Below the pieces are notes generated by a model. The model searched no databases. It was not told the origin of the DNA and saw only the letters and a program-made list of their open reading frames with translations. This document shows positions 51,534 through 63,475 of a stretch of 64,000 nucleotides of DNA, piece by piece; the first letter of the stretch is position 1, and every line of letters starts with the position of its first letter. The position numbers and the translations under genes were made by a program. The stretch comes from Candidatus Eiseniibacteriota bacterium (GTDB lineage: Bacteria; Eisenbacteria; RBG-16-71-46), in contig CAVUWA010000010.1 of the NCBI GenBank assembly GCA_963744995.1, positions 672,001 through 736,000 of the forward strand, given 5' to 3'.

Positions 51534-53105
51534 CTACGGCGTCCGGCCGCCGCCGGTCGAGTCGGGCGCAGCGCCGCCGCCGCTCGAATCCGGCGGGCTG
51601 CCGGTGCCGCTCGAATCCGGGCTCGTGCCACCGCCACCCGGTGTGCCGGTGCCGCTCGAATCCGGCGCGACGCCGCTGCCGCCATCCCCCGTCTCCGCGG
51701 GCGGCTGACGCTTCTCGAGCTCGGCCGGAACCTCGTCCATGTTGACGATCCGCAGCTCGACGTAACGAGCGCTGTTGCCCACGCCGGCCGCACCGTAGCC
51801 CTTCACCTGCATCTTCACTCTGGCGAAGTCCGGCGTGTTCTTCGCGAACCAGCTCTCCACCGCGGTCGCACGGGCCTGGGACATGCGCAGCGCGCCCGCC
51901 GAATCGCCGCGATCGTCGGTGAAGCCGGCCAGCTCGAATTCGAGGTCCGGGTACTGCCGCATGATCATGCCCAGCTCGCGCAGCAGCGGGAACACCTGCG
52001 GATCCAGATCGCCGCGCGCCGAGACGAAGTCCACGTTCTTGATGCGCACGCGACCGGTCTGCAGCAGCTGCGTCTCGACCGGGCTCAGCTCGTACGGGCA
52101 GCCGAGCGCGTTCACCGCCACCGAGTCGGGCGTGTCCGGGCACTGATCGATGCCGTCGCAGACGCCGTCGCCATCGCTGTCGGTCGAGCAGCCGTTCCCG
52201 TCCACCGTGCAGCCCTTCGGCGTGTCCGGGCACTGGTCGAGGCCGGCCAGCACGCCGTCGCCGTCGAGGTCGGACGGGCAGCCGTGCGCATCCACCGCCG
52301 CCCCGGCCGGCGTGTCCGCGCACTGGTCGAGGCCGTCGCAGACGCCGTCGCCGTCGCTGTCCACCGGGCAGCCGTTTTCGTCCACGACGCAGCCCGCGGT
52401 CGTGTTCTCGCACTGATCGAGACCGTCGAAGACGCCGTCACCATCGCTGTCGATCGGACAGCCGTGCGCGTCGACCCTGGCGCCGAACGGCGTGTCCGCG
52501 CAACGGTCGAGAGCGTCGCGGACGCCGTCGAGGTCGGAGTCCTTCTCGCTGCCGCCGAACACGTACTGCAGTCCGATGCTGGCGGTCATGTGATTGCTGA
52601 ATTCCTTCGGCCCGCGCTCGCGGAACATGATGTCGCGGACCTGGAAGCGGACGTAGGTGCGCTGATTGCGGATGTTCCAGAGCGCGCCGAGGCCGAGGCT
52701 TCCGGCGCCGCGCTCGAGCTTCTCGCCGCGGCCGCCGACGCCGGTGTGGCTCGAGCCGTATCCGGCGCCCACGAGCAGGAACGGCACCACGCGGCCCTCG
52801 GGCGGAAGCAGATGGAACCGGCCGTCGATGCCGGCGTAGGTGAAATTGTGCTTCTGGCCGTCGCCGCTGTCGGCGTCGGAAGGCGCAAAGATCGCCTGTC
52901 CTTCGAGTGTCAGCCACGGCAGGACACGCAGGCCGGCGGCCGCGCCGTAGGCGGGCCCCTCCGAGGTACGGGCGCGATCGTCGGGCTTGAAATATCCGAC
53001 ATGACCCGAGACTTCGATCGGGTTCCCCACGATCTGCCCGGCGGCAGGAACGGCATTCAGCAGGCAGACGGCCGCAACGAGCAGGGCCCCATGAAAGCGG
53101 GTCAT
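51534..53105 (-). CDS. OmpA family protein (beta-barrel, TSP3 Ca-binding repeats, OmpA-C domain)
   Basis: Repeated DSDGDGV.D..DQC..TP....VD..GCP; GFTD...MSQARA motif. Confidence 0.9.
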   Translation of the reverse strand: MTRFHGALLVAAVCLLNAVPAAGQIVGNPIEVSGHVGYFKPDDRARTSEGPAYGAAAGLRVLPWLTLEGQAIFAPSDADSGDGQKHNFTYAGIDGRFHLLPPEGRVVPFLLVGAGYGSSHTGVGGRGEKLERGAGSLGLGALWNIRNQRTYVRFQVRDIMFRERGPKEFSNHMTASIGLQYVFGGSEKDSDLDGVRDALDRCADTPFGARVDAHGCPIDSDGDGVFDGLDQCENTTAGCVVDENGCPVDSDGDGVCDGLDQCADTPAGAAVDAHGCPSDLDGDGVLAGLDQCPDTPKGCTVDGNGCSTDSDGDGVCDGIDQCPDTPDSVAVNALGCPYELSPVETQLLQTGRVRIKNVDFVSARGDLDPQVFPLLRELGMIMRQYPDLEFELAGFTDDRGDSAGALRMSQARATAVESWFAKNTPDFARVKMQVKGYGAAGVGNSARYVELRIVNMDEVPAELEKRQPPAETGDGGSGVAPDSSGTGTPGGGGTSPDSSGTGSPPDSSGGGAAPDSTGGGRTP

Positions 53106-53387
53106 GCGATCACTTCCTCCTTGAACCCCGGTCAGGAATGAACCCGGGGCGAGTGCCGCGACCGCTGGGGGCGGCCAAAGACCCCGGGCAAAGACCGGTA
53201 AGTGCTACCATCGGAGTCGCGGAAGGTCAACGGAAACGGGCGGTTCGCGCCCGGCGCCCGCTCTGGCGGGAAAAGTCCGGCGAGCATCCCGATCACCCGT
53301 CCGCCCGGGCGTCACCGGCGGCGGAAACCGCGGAATCGGCCCGTTTCGGCCCGCCCGGAGCGGCAGGTTCGCGTTGAAGGAGGAAGG

Positions 53388-53876
53388 ATGAGCCCGGAAG
53401 ATCGCCGCCGCCTGATCTCGCGTTACGCGGCCGGCTACCAGGAGGTCGCGGACAGTCTCGAAGGTTTCCCGGCCGACGCGATGGGCCACCATCCGTTCAC
53501 GGGCAAATGGAGCGCGCGGGAGATCGTGCACCACCTGGCCGACAGCGAGATGGCTTCGGCGCTGCGGCTGCGCAAGCTCCTCGCCGAGGAATTTCCCGTG
53601 ATCCACGGCTACGACCAGGAAGCGTACGCGATCCTGCTGCGCTACAACCTGCGCGAAGACATCGCGCCGTCGCTCGAGGCATTCCGGGCCGCGCGCGAGA
53701 GCACCGCGCAACTGCTCGGCGGCATGAACGACGAGGACTGGACGCGCGCCGGCTGGCACACCGAGGCCGGTCCCTACAGCGCGACCACCTGGCTCGGGAT
53801 CTACGCCGAGCACGCGCACAACCATGCCGCACAGATCCGACGTCTGCGCGAAGCGGTGACCGGAAAGGGCGACTGA
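53388..53876 (+). CDS. DinB family protein
   Basis: KWSAREIVHHLADSE and HAHNHAAQI motifs. Confidence 0.88.
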   Translation: MSPEDRRRLISRYAAGYQEVADSLEGFPADAMGHHPFTGKWSAREIVHHLADSEMASALRLRKLLAEEFPVIHGYDQEAYAILLRYNLREDIAPSLEAFRAARESTAQLLGGMNDEDWTRAGWHTEAGPYSATTWLGIYAEHAHNHAAQIRRLREAVTGKGD

Positions 53877-53877
53877 G

Positions 53878-54738
53878 ATGATCTGGCGCTGCCGCGACCG
53901 GACGTTCGATCTCGACGGGCGGCCGCGGGTGATGGGCGTCCTCAACGTCACCCCGGACTCGTTCTCGGACGGTGGGCGCTACCTCGAGCCGCGCGCCGCG
54001 CTCCAGCACGCGCAGCGGATGATCGATGAAGGCGCCGACCTGATCGACGTCGGCGCCGAGAGCACGCGTCCCGGATCGGCACCGGTGCCGGCGGCGGAGC
54101 AGTGGCGCCGGCTCGAGCCCGTCCTCCGGGGTCTCGCCGCTCTGGAGGTCGCGGTTTCGGTGGACACCGCCAGCGCGGACGTCGCACGCCGCGCGCTGGC
54201 CGCGGGCGCCGACGTGATCAACGACGTCGCCGCGCTCGGCGACCCGGACATGGCGAAGGTCGTGGCCGACGCCGGCGCGGGCCTCGTGCTGATGCACATG
54301 CGCGGCACCCCCGCCACGATGCAGCAGAATCCGCGCTACGACGACGTCGTGGCCGAAGTCCGGGCCTGGCTCGCCGGTCGTGCCGCCGCGGCGCGGGCCG
54401 CCGGAATCGAAGCGGAGCGGATCGCTCTGGACCCGGGCATCGGCTTCGGCAAGACCCTCTCCCACAACCTGGCGCTGATCGCCGGACTTCCGGCCCTGCG
54501 TGCCGCCGGCCATCCGCTGCTGGTCGGCCTTTCGCGCAAGCGCTTCATCGGCGTGGTGCTGGACACGGGTATCGAGGGGCGCCTCGAAGGCGGCCTCGCC
54601 GCGGGCGCGGTCGCGGTCTACGCCGGCGCCGACATCCTGCGCACCCACGACGTGCAGGCGACGGTGCGTGCGGCGCGGATGGCCGCCGCGTTGCGCGCCC
54701 ACCGCCGCGAACGGGAGCCGAGCGACGCGCGCGCCTGA
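53878..54738 (+). CDS. folP: Dihydropteroate synthase
   Basis: NVTPDSFSDGG, ESTRPG, DPGIGFGK, SRKRF and RTHDV motifs. Confidence 0.96.
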   Translation: MIWRCRDRTFDLDGRPRVMGVLNVTPDSFSDGGRYLEPRAALQHAQRMIDEGADLIDVGAESTRPGSAPVPAAEQWRRLEPVLRGLAALEVAVSVDTASADVARRALAAGADVINDVAALGDPDMAKVVADAGAGLVLMHMRGTPATMQQNPRYDDVVAEVRAWLAGRAAAARAAGIEAERIALDPGIGFGKTLSHNLALIAGLPALRAAGHPLLVGLSRKRFIGVVLDTGIEGRLEGGLAAGAVAVYAGADILRTHDVQATVRAARMAAALRAHRREREPSDARA

Positions 54739-54876
54739 ACCCGCACCGCGGCCGGCCCCCGCGCGCCGCGCCGGCGGTGGGAAGCGGTGGAATCGGAGGC
54801 GTCCGGCATCGCGGGCGTAGGCGCGCGCGCGCGCATCTGGTATTTTTTTCGTCGTGAACCCCCACGAGCCCCGTCC

Positions 54877-55713
54877 ATGACACCCGTCCATCAGATCTGG
54901 CTCCTCGACCTGCTCGATATCCTGCTGGTCGCGGTGCTGGTCTACCGCCTGCTCATCCTGGTCAAGGGCACGCGGTCGGCGCAGATGTACGTCGGCCTGT
55001 TCGTGATCGTGGTCGTCGGGCTGGTCGCGCGCGAGCTCAACCTGATCGCCGTCGGGTGGATCGTCGACAGCCTGAAGACCGTCTGGCTGATCGCATTCGT
55101 GATCCTGTTCCAGCCGGAGCTCCGGCACGCGCTCGCTTCGATCGGGCGCACGCGCTACTTCCGCTCGTTCCTGCGCGGCGACAGCTTCTACGGCGTGCTC
55201 GGCGAGATCGTGCGCGCGGCCGAAACGCTCGCGCAGCGCCGCCACGGCGGCCTGATCGTGATCGAGCGCAACGTCGGCCTGCGCAACTTCGTCGAAACCG
55301 GTACGCGCATCGATGCGCGCATCACCGCCGAGCTGCTGGTGACGCTGTTCAGCCCCGGCTCGCCGCTCCACGACGGCGCGGTGATCCTGCACGAGGACAC
55401 GGTGATCGCGGCGTCGTGCATCCTGCCGCTCTCGACCAACCCGAACACCTCGATCGCGCTCGGCACCCGGCATCGGGCCGCGCTCGGACTGTCCGAGGAA
55501 TGCGACGCGGCGATCATCGTGGTCAGCGAGCAGACGGGCTCGATCTCGGTCGCGTTCCGCGGCGAGCTCAAGCAGGACCTCGACGAGGGCGAGTTGCGCA
55601 GCGAGCTGTCGCGGATCTTCCGCATCCGCGCCGAGGACGAACCGGTGCGCCAGGAGGTCCCGCCGACGCCGGTGGCGGACGACCCCGAGAGCGAGCACAA
55701 GGCCGCGGGCTGA
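54877..55713 (+). CDS. cdaA: Diadenylate cyclase CdaA/DacA
   Basis: Three TM segments, FQPELR, LHDGA and GTRHRAA motifs. Confidence 0.93.
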   Translation: MTPVHQIWLLDLLDILLVAVLVYRLLILVKGTRSAQMYVGLFVIVVVGLVARELNLIAVGWIVDSLKTVWLIAFVILFQPELRHALASIGRTRYFRSFLRGDSFYGVLGEIVRAAETLAQRRHGGLIVIERNVGLRNFVETGTRIDARITAELLVTLFSPGSPLHDGAVILHEDTVIAASCILPLSTNPNTSIALGTRHRAALGLSEECDAAIIVVSEQTGSISVAFRGELKQDLDEGELRSELSRIFRIRAEDEPVRQEVPPTPVADDPESEHKAAG

Positions 55714-55740
55714 GCCGGGGCCGCGCCGGGCGCGGCTTTC

Positions 55741-55770
55741 TTGACTTTGCCGCCCTGTGCGCCCTACTTT
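55741..55770 (+). promoter_or_regulatory. Sigma70 promoter for tRNA-tilS-hpt-ftsH
   Basis: TTGACT-18bp-TACTTT. Confidence 0.6.
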
Positions 55771-55810
55771 CCCTCGCTCGCCTGCATGCCCTCGGGCACA
55801 CGATTTCGGG

Positions 55811-55887
55811 GGCGGAGTAGCTCAGCTGGTTAGAGCAGCGGAATCATAATCCGCGTGTCCGGGGTTCGAATCCCTGCTCCGCCACCA
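55811..55887 (+). tRNA. tRNA-Met (CAT), elongator type
   Basis: GGCGGAG/CTCCGCC acceptor stem, GCGGA-ATCATAA-TCCGC anticodon arm, GTTCGAATC, encoded CCA. Confidence 0.93.
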
Positions 55888-55894
55888 CATTCTC

Positions 55895-57007
55895 TTGCGA
55901 CCTCTCCCGCGTTTACGCCGAATCGAGCCGGTGCTGCGCCGCGCCCTGCGGGACGGCTGCGCCCCGCCGGCGGGCTCACGCCTGCTGGTGGCCGTAAGCG
56001 GCGGCGCCGATTCGACCGCGCTGCTCGTGGGCCTCCACCGGATCGCCGCCGAGTTCGGCCTCGCGATCGAGGCGGCGCACCTCCACCACCGCCTGCGCGG
56101 CCGCGAAGCGGATGCGGACCTCGCCGCGGTGCGCGCGCTGTGCGAACGGCTCGGCGTTCCCCTCACCGCCGCGCGCTGGAATACGCGCGCCCGCATGCGG
56201 CGCCGCGGGCTCGCCGGACAGAACGGGCTGCGCACGCTGCGCCGCGAATTCCTGGGCGCTGTCGCCCGCGCGCGCGGCTGCGTGCGGATCGCCACCGCGC
56301 ATACCGCGGACGATCAGCTGGAAACCCTGCTCATGCGCCTCGGGCGCGGCACCGGCGCCACCGGCCTTGCCGGCATCCGCCCGCGCACGGGGCGTTTCGT
56401 GCGCCCGCTGCTGCTCGCGCCCAGGGCCTGGATCGAGGCCGACCTCACGCGGGCCGGCATTCCGTGGCGCGAGGACGCGAGCAATGCCGACCCGCGCCAC
56501 ACCCGGAGCCGCGTCCGACATGCCGCGGTGCCGGCGCTGGTCCTTGCGGTCCGGCCCGGCGCGGGCGGCCGGGCCGCCCTCGCCCTCTCGGCCGCCCGCG
56601 CCATGGCCGCGGGCGGGGCGCGAGAAACCTTTGTCAGGGGCCGTGTTCGGCGCGCCCTTTCGCGCGTCTCCCGCATCCAACGGGGGGCGGTTGACCTCGA
56701 TTCGCGGAAGGTGGCACCATGGCCAAGTGCCTTGCGTCGCACGGCCTTACGTGAAGCGTGGCGGCGTATCGCCGGGCCCGGGATCGGGCTCACGAGCCGC
56801 CATCTCGACGCGCTCGAGCGGTTGCTGTGCGCGGCGGGGCCGGGCCGGAGAGTGGCGCTCCCCGACGGCGGGGAGGCGCTCCGTGCGCGCGATCACGTGC
56901 TGATCCTGCGCCACCGGGGCCGCGCGGCGGGCGAACGGGTGGAAACAACGTTTCGCCGGGGTGTTCCGGCGGCGCAGACTGGAGCAGCGGACCACACGGG
57001 CCGATGA
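55895..57007 (+). CDS. tilS: tRNA(Ile)-lysidine synthetase
   Basis: AVSGGADS, HHRLR, AHTADDQLET and EDASN motifs. Confidence 0.92.
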   Translation: MRPLPRLRRIEPVLRRALRDGCAPPAGSRLLVAVSGGADSTALLVGLHRIAAEFGLAIEAAHLHHRLRGREADADLAAVRALCERLGVPLTAARWNTRARMRRRGLAGQNGLRTLRREFLGAVARARGCVRIATAHTADDQLETLLMRLGRGTGATGLAGIRPRTGRFVRPLLLAPRAWIEADLTRAGIPWREDASNADPRHTRSRVRHAAVPALVLAVRPGAGGRAALALSAARAMAAGGARETFVRGRVRRALSRVSRIQRGAVDLDSRKVAPWPSALRRTALREAWRRIAGPGIGLTSRHLDALERLLCAAGPGRRVALPDGGEALRARDHVLILRHRGRAAGERVETTFRRGVPAAQTGAADHTGR

Positions 57008-57040
57008 CCCCCTGGGGTCGTCATCTCGATGAGGAGTGAC

Positions 57041-57595
57041 ATGATCGAAAGTGCGTCGATGGCGAAGACCGAGCCCGATGTGCGCGTGCTGTTCAGCGCG
57101 GGCGAGATCGCGAAGCGGGTACAGGAGATGGGCCTCGAGATCGCGCGCGCGCTCGGCGACGACTCCCGACCGGTGTTCGTCAGCGTGCTGAAGGGCGCCT
57201 GCATGTTCCAGTGCGACCTCGCGCGCGCGACGCCGCTCGACGTGGAACTCGATTTCCTGGCGGTCGCCTCCTACGGCGCCGGCAAGACCTCGAGCGGCAA
57301 CGTCCGTCTGATCCACGACCTGCGCGCCGACATCGGCGGCCGTCACGTCGTCGTCTGCGAGGGGGTGGTGGACTCGGGGCTCACGCTCTCGTTCCTGCTC
57401 GACATGTTCCGCGTGCGCAATCCGCTGAGCCTCAGGGTCGCCACGCTGCTCGACAAGGCTCCGTGCCGCAAGATCCAGGTGCCGGTGGATTACGCCGGCT
57501 GGACGATCGGCAACGAATTCGTGGTCGGCTACGGCATGGACGCCGCCGAACGCTATCGCAATCTGCCCTACGTGGGCGTCCTCCAGGAGGCTTGA
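57041..57595 (+). CDS. hpt: Hypoxanthine phosphoribosyltransferase
   Basis: VLKGA, EGVVDSGLTL and FVVGYGMD...YRNLP motifs. Confidence 0.93.
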   Translation: MIESASMAKTEPDVRVLFSAGEIAKRVQEMGLEIARALGDDSRPVFVSVLKGACMFQCDLARATPLDVELDFLAVASYGAGKTSSGNVRLIHDLRADIGGRHVVVCEGVVDSGLTLSFLLDMFRVRNPLSLRVATLLDKAPCRKIQVPVDYAGWTIGNEFVVGYGMDAAERYRNLPYVGVLQEA

Positions 57596-57598
57596 TCG

Positions 57599-59670
<2,072 letters not shown>

Positions 59671-59720
59671 CCTCGGGCTGCACCCGGGCGCGAATGTTCT
59701 GCGTCCGTCAGGAAACGACG

Positions 59721-59749
59721 CGCCGCCCCCTCCCGGGGGCGGCGTTCTT
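59721..59749 (+). terminator. Intrinsic terminator after ftsH
   Basis: CGCCGCCCCC-TCCC-GGGGGCGGCG-TTCTT. Confidence 0.7.
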
Positions 59750-59801
59750 CGTGCTTTGACGAGCTTGTTGCAACTTTCGGGGCCGGCCGCGCGTCTAATC
59801 A

Positions 59802-59929
59802 GGTGTCACGTGAGGCAAGGCATGTGACAGCGACCTCCAAACCAGTCGCAGGAGTCTTCCAGGACGGGGTCCCGGACGGGCAAGCCGGGATCCCACGAGA
59901 AGAGCCCGGCCAGTGAGCCGGGCTTTCTC
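59802..59929 (+). ncRNA. Candidate structured sRNA (three hairpins and a terminator)
   Basis: TGTCACGTG/CATGTGACA, GCGAC/GTCGC, GGGTCCCGG/CCGGGATCC, then AGCCCGGC/GCCGGGCT-TTCT. Confidence 0.4.
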
Positions 59930-60029
59930 ATTGTGCGGCCGGGTCCAGGGAGGGACCCGGGTCGCGTCCTTCGGGCGAGGCCCCGGGGGTGGCTGCCCGG
60001 GCCGGACGATCCGCGGCCTCCCACGTCGC

Positions 60030-61133
60030 TCAGCCGGCCGGCTTCGCCCGCCCGTATGGCTTCGGCCACGGCACGTCGACGCCCAGTGTGCGCGCCGCAT
60101 GCAGCGGCCAGTAGGGATCGCGCAGCTCCTGCCGCGCCAGCAGCACCACGTCGGCCTCGCCGGCGCGCAGAATCGCGTCGGCCTGCGCGGGTTCGGTGAT
60201 GAGTCCCACCGCACCGGTCGCGATGCCACCCTCGCGCCGCACGCGGCGCGCGAACGGCACCTGGTAGCCCGGGCCGGCGGCGATCTTCTGCCAGGCCACG
60301 CCACCGCCGCTCGAGCAGTCGACGAGATCCGCGCCGGCTTCCTTCAGTCGCCGCGCGAGCCGCACGCTCTCATCGACGTCCCAGCCCCCCTCGGCCCAGT
60401 CGCTCGCCGAGATGCGCACCCACACCGGCAGGTCGGCCGGCCACGCGGCGCGCACGCGACGCGTCACCTCGACCACCAGTCGCGTGCGATTCTCGAACGA
60501 GCCGCCCCAGCGATCCTCGCGCGTGTTGATGAGCGGCGAGTAGAACTCATGGAGCAGGTAGCCGTGCGCGGCGTGCACCTCGACGATCTGAAACCCGGCC
60601 TCCCGCGCGCGGCGCGCGGCGGCGACGAATGCCGCCACCGCCAGCTCGATGTCCGCCTCGCTCATCGCGCGCGGCGTCGGATAGTTGTCGGCGAACGGCT
60701 CGCCGGTGGGCCCGAGCGGCGTCCAGCCGCCCTCCGCCGCCGGCACCGCCCCGCGACCGAGCCACGGCGCGCGGGTGCTGGCCTTGCGCCCGGCGTGCGC
60801 GAGCTGGATGCCCGGCAGCGCACCCTGCGCGGCCACGAAGGCGGCGATGCGCGCGAGCGGCGCCACGTGCTCGTCCTTCCAGAGCCCCATGTCGGCGGGC
60901 GAGATCCGCCCTGCGGCCGTCACGGCCGTGGCCTCGACCAGGACCGCGCCGGCGCCGCCCACCGCGCGGCTGCCGAGATGCACCAGGTGCCAGTCGGTGG
61001 CGAAACCGTCCTCGCACGAGTACTGGCACATCGGCGAAACCACGATGCGATTGCGGAGCGTGACGCCCCGCTGCGTGAGCGGGTCGAAGAGCGCGGCGGA
61101 AGCAGGCAGGGTCTCAGCGGAAGGCCGGTTCAT
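60030..61133 (-). CDS. NADH:flavin oxidoreductase (old yellow enzyme, NamA/YqjM type)
   Basis: SPMCQYS, QLAHAGRKAS, HAAHGYLLHEF and LRDPYWP motifs. Confidence 0.93.
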   Translation of the reverse strand: MNRPSAETLPASAALFDPLTQRGVTLRNRIVVSPMCQYSCEDGFATDWHLVHLGSRAVGGAGAVLVEATAVTAAGRISPADMGLWKDEHVAPLARIAAFVAAQGALPGIQLAHAGRKASTRAPWLGRGAVPAAEGGWTPLGPTGEPFADNYPTPRAMSEADIELAVAAFVAAARRAREAGFQIVEVHAAHGYLLHEFYSPLINTREDRWGGSFENRTRLVVEVTRRVRAAWPADLPVWVRISASDWAEGGWDVDESVRLARRLKEAGADLVDCSSGGGVAWQKIAAGPGYQVPFARRVRREGGIATGAVGLITEPAQADAILRAGEADVVLLARQELRDPYWPLHAARTLGVDVPWPKPYGRAKPAG

Positions 61134-61285
61134 GGGACCGCCACGCTAGGCGATCGCCCGGCAGCGGGCAATTCGAACACGATGGACCCGAAGACGTCCG
61201 TGACCCGCACGCGCCCGACGCATCGCCTGCCTGAACTGCGGCCCGCGGGGCCGTCCTCGCTGCGGGCGCCCGCGGCGCGCCGCGA

Positions 61286-63475
61286 TCAGCGCGACGCCTC
61301 CAGCGGCAGCGCGGCCTGCGCCCCGGCGGGCGTCTCGGCCTGCGGGCCCGTGAAGCTGCCGCCGCGATCGGCGAGCCGCGAGAGCAGCTTCGCCGGCGCG
61401 AAGCGCTCGCCGCGCTCGGCGCGATGCGCGTTCAGGCGCGCGACCACCTGCGGCAGGCCCAGCGCGTCGGCGTAGCGCAGCGGTCCGCCGCGGAACGGCG
61501 GGAAGCCGGTGCCGAACACCATGGCGAGATCCACGTCGTCCGCGTCGCGGGCAACGCCCTCCTCGAGGCAGCGTGCGGCCTCGTTCACCATCGCCAGCGC
61601 CATGCGCTCGGTGAGCGCGTCCGGGTTCTGCACCTTGCGCTCGCGCGCGAGCCCGAGCAGCTGCGCGAGCCGCGGCTCGGGCTCGCGCTTCTTCCCGCGG
61701 TAGACGTAGAAACCGCGGCCGTTCTTGCGGCCGAGACGCCCCGCGGCGATCAGCTTGTCGAGCGATGCGGACGGCGTCATGCGGTCCGGAAACGCGGCGC
61801 CGAGTACGCCGGACACCTTCTTCGCCACGTCGAGCCCGACCTCGTCGATCACCTGGAACGGACCCATCGGCATGCCGAAGCGCTTCATCGCGCGGTCGAG
61901 CTCGGCGAGCGGGTAGCCCTCTTCCAGCAGCACCATCGCCTCGCTCAGGTACGGCATCAGCACGCGGTTCACCACGAAGCCCGGGGCGTCGGCGACCACC
62001 ACCGGGGTCTTGCCGAGCCGACGCGCGAGCGCGACCGCGCTCGCCAGCGTCGTATCGGAGGTCTTCTTCCCGCGCACCACCTCGACCAGCGGCATGCGAT
62101 GCACGGGATTGAAGAAGTGGAACCCGCAGAAGCGCTCCGGCTTCTGCAGGCCGGCGGCGAGCGCGTCCACCGACAGCGAGGACGTGTTGGTGGCGAGGAT
62201 CGCCTCGGCGCGCATGCGCACTTCCAGCTCGGCGAACACCTTGCGCTTGACGTCGAGGTCTTCGACCACGGCCTCGACGGCGAAGTCGGCGCGCGCGAGC
62301 CCCGCCAGGTCGAGCGCCGGGTAGACACGCGCGAACTGCGTGTCGCGCGCGGATGCCGGGGTCCTGCGGCGGCGGCCGCGATCGTCGATCAGCTTGCGCA
62401 CGGTCTTGAGCGCGCCGGTCAGCGCCTCGGGCTTGACGTCGCGCATCCGCACCTCGATGCCGGTGCGGCTCGCGAGCTCGGCGATGCCGGCGCCCATGAT
62501 GCCGGTGCCGACCAGCACCATGCGATGGACCTCGGCGACCGGCGTGCCCGCGGGCGCGACGTCGTCCTTCTTCGCGCGCTCCTGGCTGCGGAAGATCCGC
62601 ACCAGGTTCTTGCACTCCGGGCTCACGACCAGGTCGCTCACCCAGTTGGCCTCGACCTCGAGGTTCCCTTCGACGGACAGCCCGAGCCCGGCCTCGATCA
62701 CCGACAGCACGCCGAGCGGCGCCGGGTAGTGGCCGCCGGTGCGTGCGCGCGTCATGGACTTCGCGCGGCTGAGCACGATCGCCCGCCCCGCCGCGGTGCC
62801 GTCGAGGAAGCGCGCACCCATGCCGCGCGGGCGGAAGCGGTCGCGGCGCCGCGCCGCGGGGCGCTTGGAGATCTCGGCGATCCGCCGCTCGGCATGGTCG
62901 ACGAGCCATGCCGCCGGCACCGCCTGTGCAATCAGGCCGATCTTCGCCGCGCGCCGCGCATCGAGCACGCGGCCGGTGAGGATCAGGTCGAGGGCGGTCG
63001 AGAGGCCCACGAGCCGCGGCAGCCGCGTCGTGCCGCCGAACCCGGGGAGGATGCCGAGCAGCACTTCCGGGAAGCCGATCTGCGTGCGCGGCTCTTCACT
63101 GGCGACGCGCGAGTCGCACGCGAGCGCCAGCTCCGTGCCTCCGCCCAGGCACACGCCGTCGATCGCCGCCACGGTCGGCACGGTCAGTGCCGCGAGCCGG
63201 CTGTAGGCGGCCTGGGCGCGCGTCACGATCGCATGCGCGACCTCGCGCTCGGTGATCGCGCCGATCGAGTCGACGTCGGCGCCGGCAATGAACGAGCCCG
63301 TCTTGCCGCTCCTGACGATCACGCCGGTGAGGTCGCCCGCGCCCTCGAGCGAGGCGAGCGCCTGTTCGAGGTCGGCGAGCGCCGCCTCGTCGATCACGTT
63401 GAGCTTGCGGGTCGGGTCGTCCATCACCAGATGGGCGATGCCCTTTTCCCCGCGTTCGACCCGGAAGATCGCCAT
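61286..63475 (-). CDS. fadJ: Fatty acid oxidation complex alpha subunit (enoyl-CoA hydratase / 3-hydroxyacyl-CoA dehydrogenase)
   Basis: FIAGAD, GGGTELAL, GTGIMG, TNTSSL, HFFNPV and GFPPFRGG motifs. Confidence 0.92.
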   Translation of the reverse strand: MAIFRVERGEKGIAHLVMDDPTRKLNVIDEAALADLEQALASLEGAGDLTGVIVRSGKTGSFIAGADVDSIGAITEREVAHAIVTRAQAAYSRLAALTVPTVAAIDGVCLGGGTELALACDSRVASEEPRTQIGFPEVLLGILPGFGGTTRLPRLVGLSTALDLILTGRVLDARRAAKIGLIAQAVPAAWLVDHAERRIAEISKRPAARRRDRFRPRGMGARFLDGTAAGRAIVLSRAKSMTRARTGGHYPAPLGVLSVIEAGLGLSVEGNLEVEANWVSDLVVSPECKNLVRIFRSQERAKKDDVAPAGTPVAEVHRMVLVGTGIMGAGIAELASRTGIEVRMRDVKPEALTGALKTVRKLIDDRGRRRRTPASARDTQFARVYPALDLAGLARADFAVEAVVEDLDVKRKVFAELEVRMRAEAILATNTSSLSVDALAAGLQKPERFCGFHFFNPVHRMPLVEVVRGKKTSDTTLASAVALARRLGKTPVVVADAPGFVVNRVLMPYLSEAMVLLEEGYPLAELDRAMKRFGMPMGPFQVIDEVGLDVAKKVSGVLGAAFPDRMTPSASLDKLIAAGRLGRKNGRGFYVYRGKKREPEPRLAQLLGLARERKVQNPDALTERMALAMVNEAARCLEEGVARDADDVDLAMVFGTGFPPFRGGPLRYADALGLPQVVARLNAHRAERGERFAPAKLLSRLADRGGSFTGPQAETPAGAQAALPLEASR

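Noticed and set aside
52100..52540. Regularly spaced DNA repeats resembling a CRISPR array
   Set aside because: They are in-frame TSP3 protein repeats in the OmpA gene, with no unique spacers and no cas genes.
53878..55713. cdaA in a diderm without cdaR/glmM
   Set aside because: folP-cdaA adjacency is a known arrangement and not novel.
55811..55887. tRNA as a prophage or island integration site
   Set aside because: No integrase or duplicated tRNA 3' end was seen, and it is flanked by core genes.
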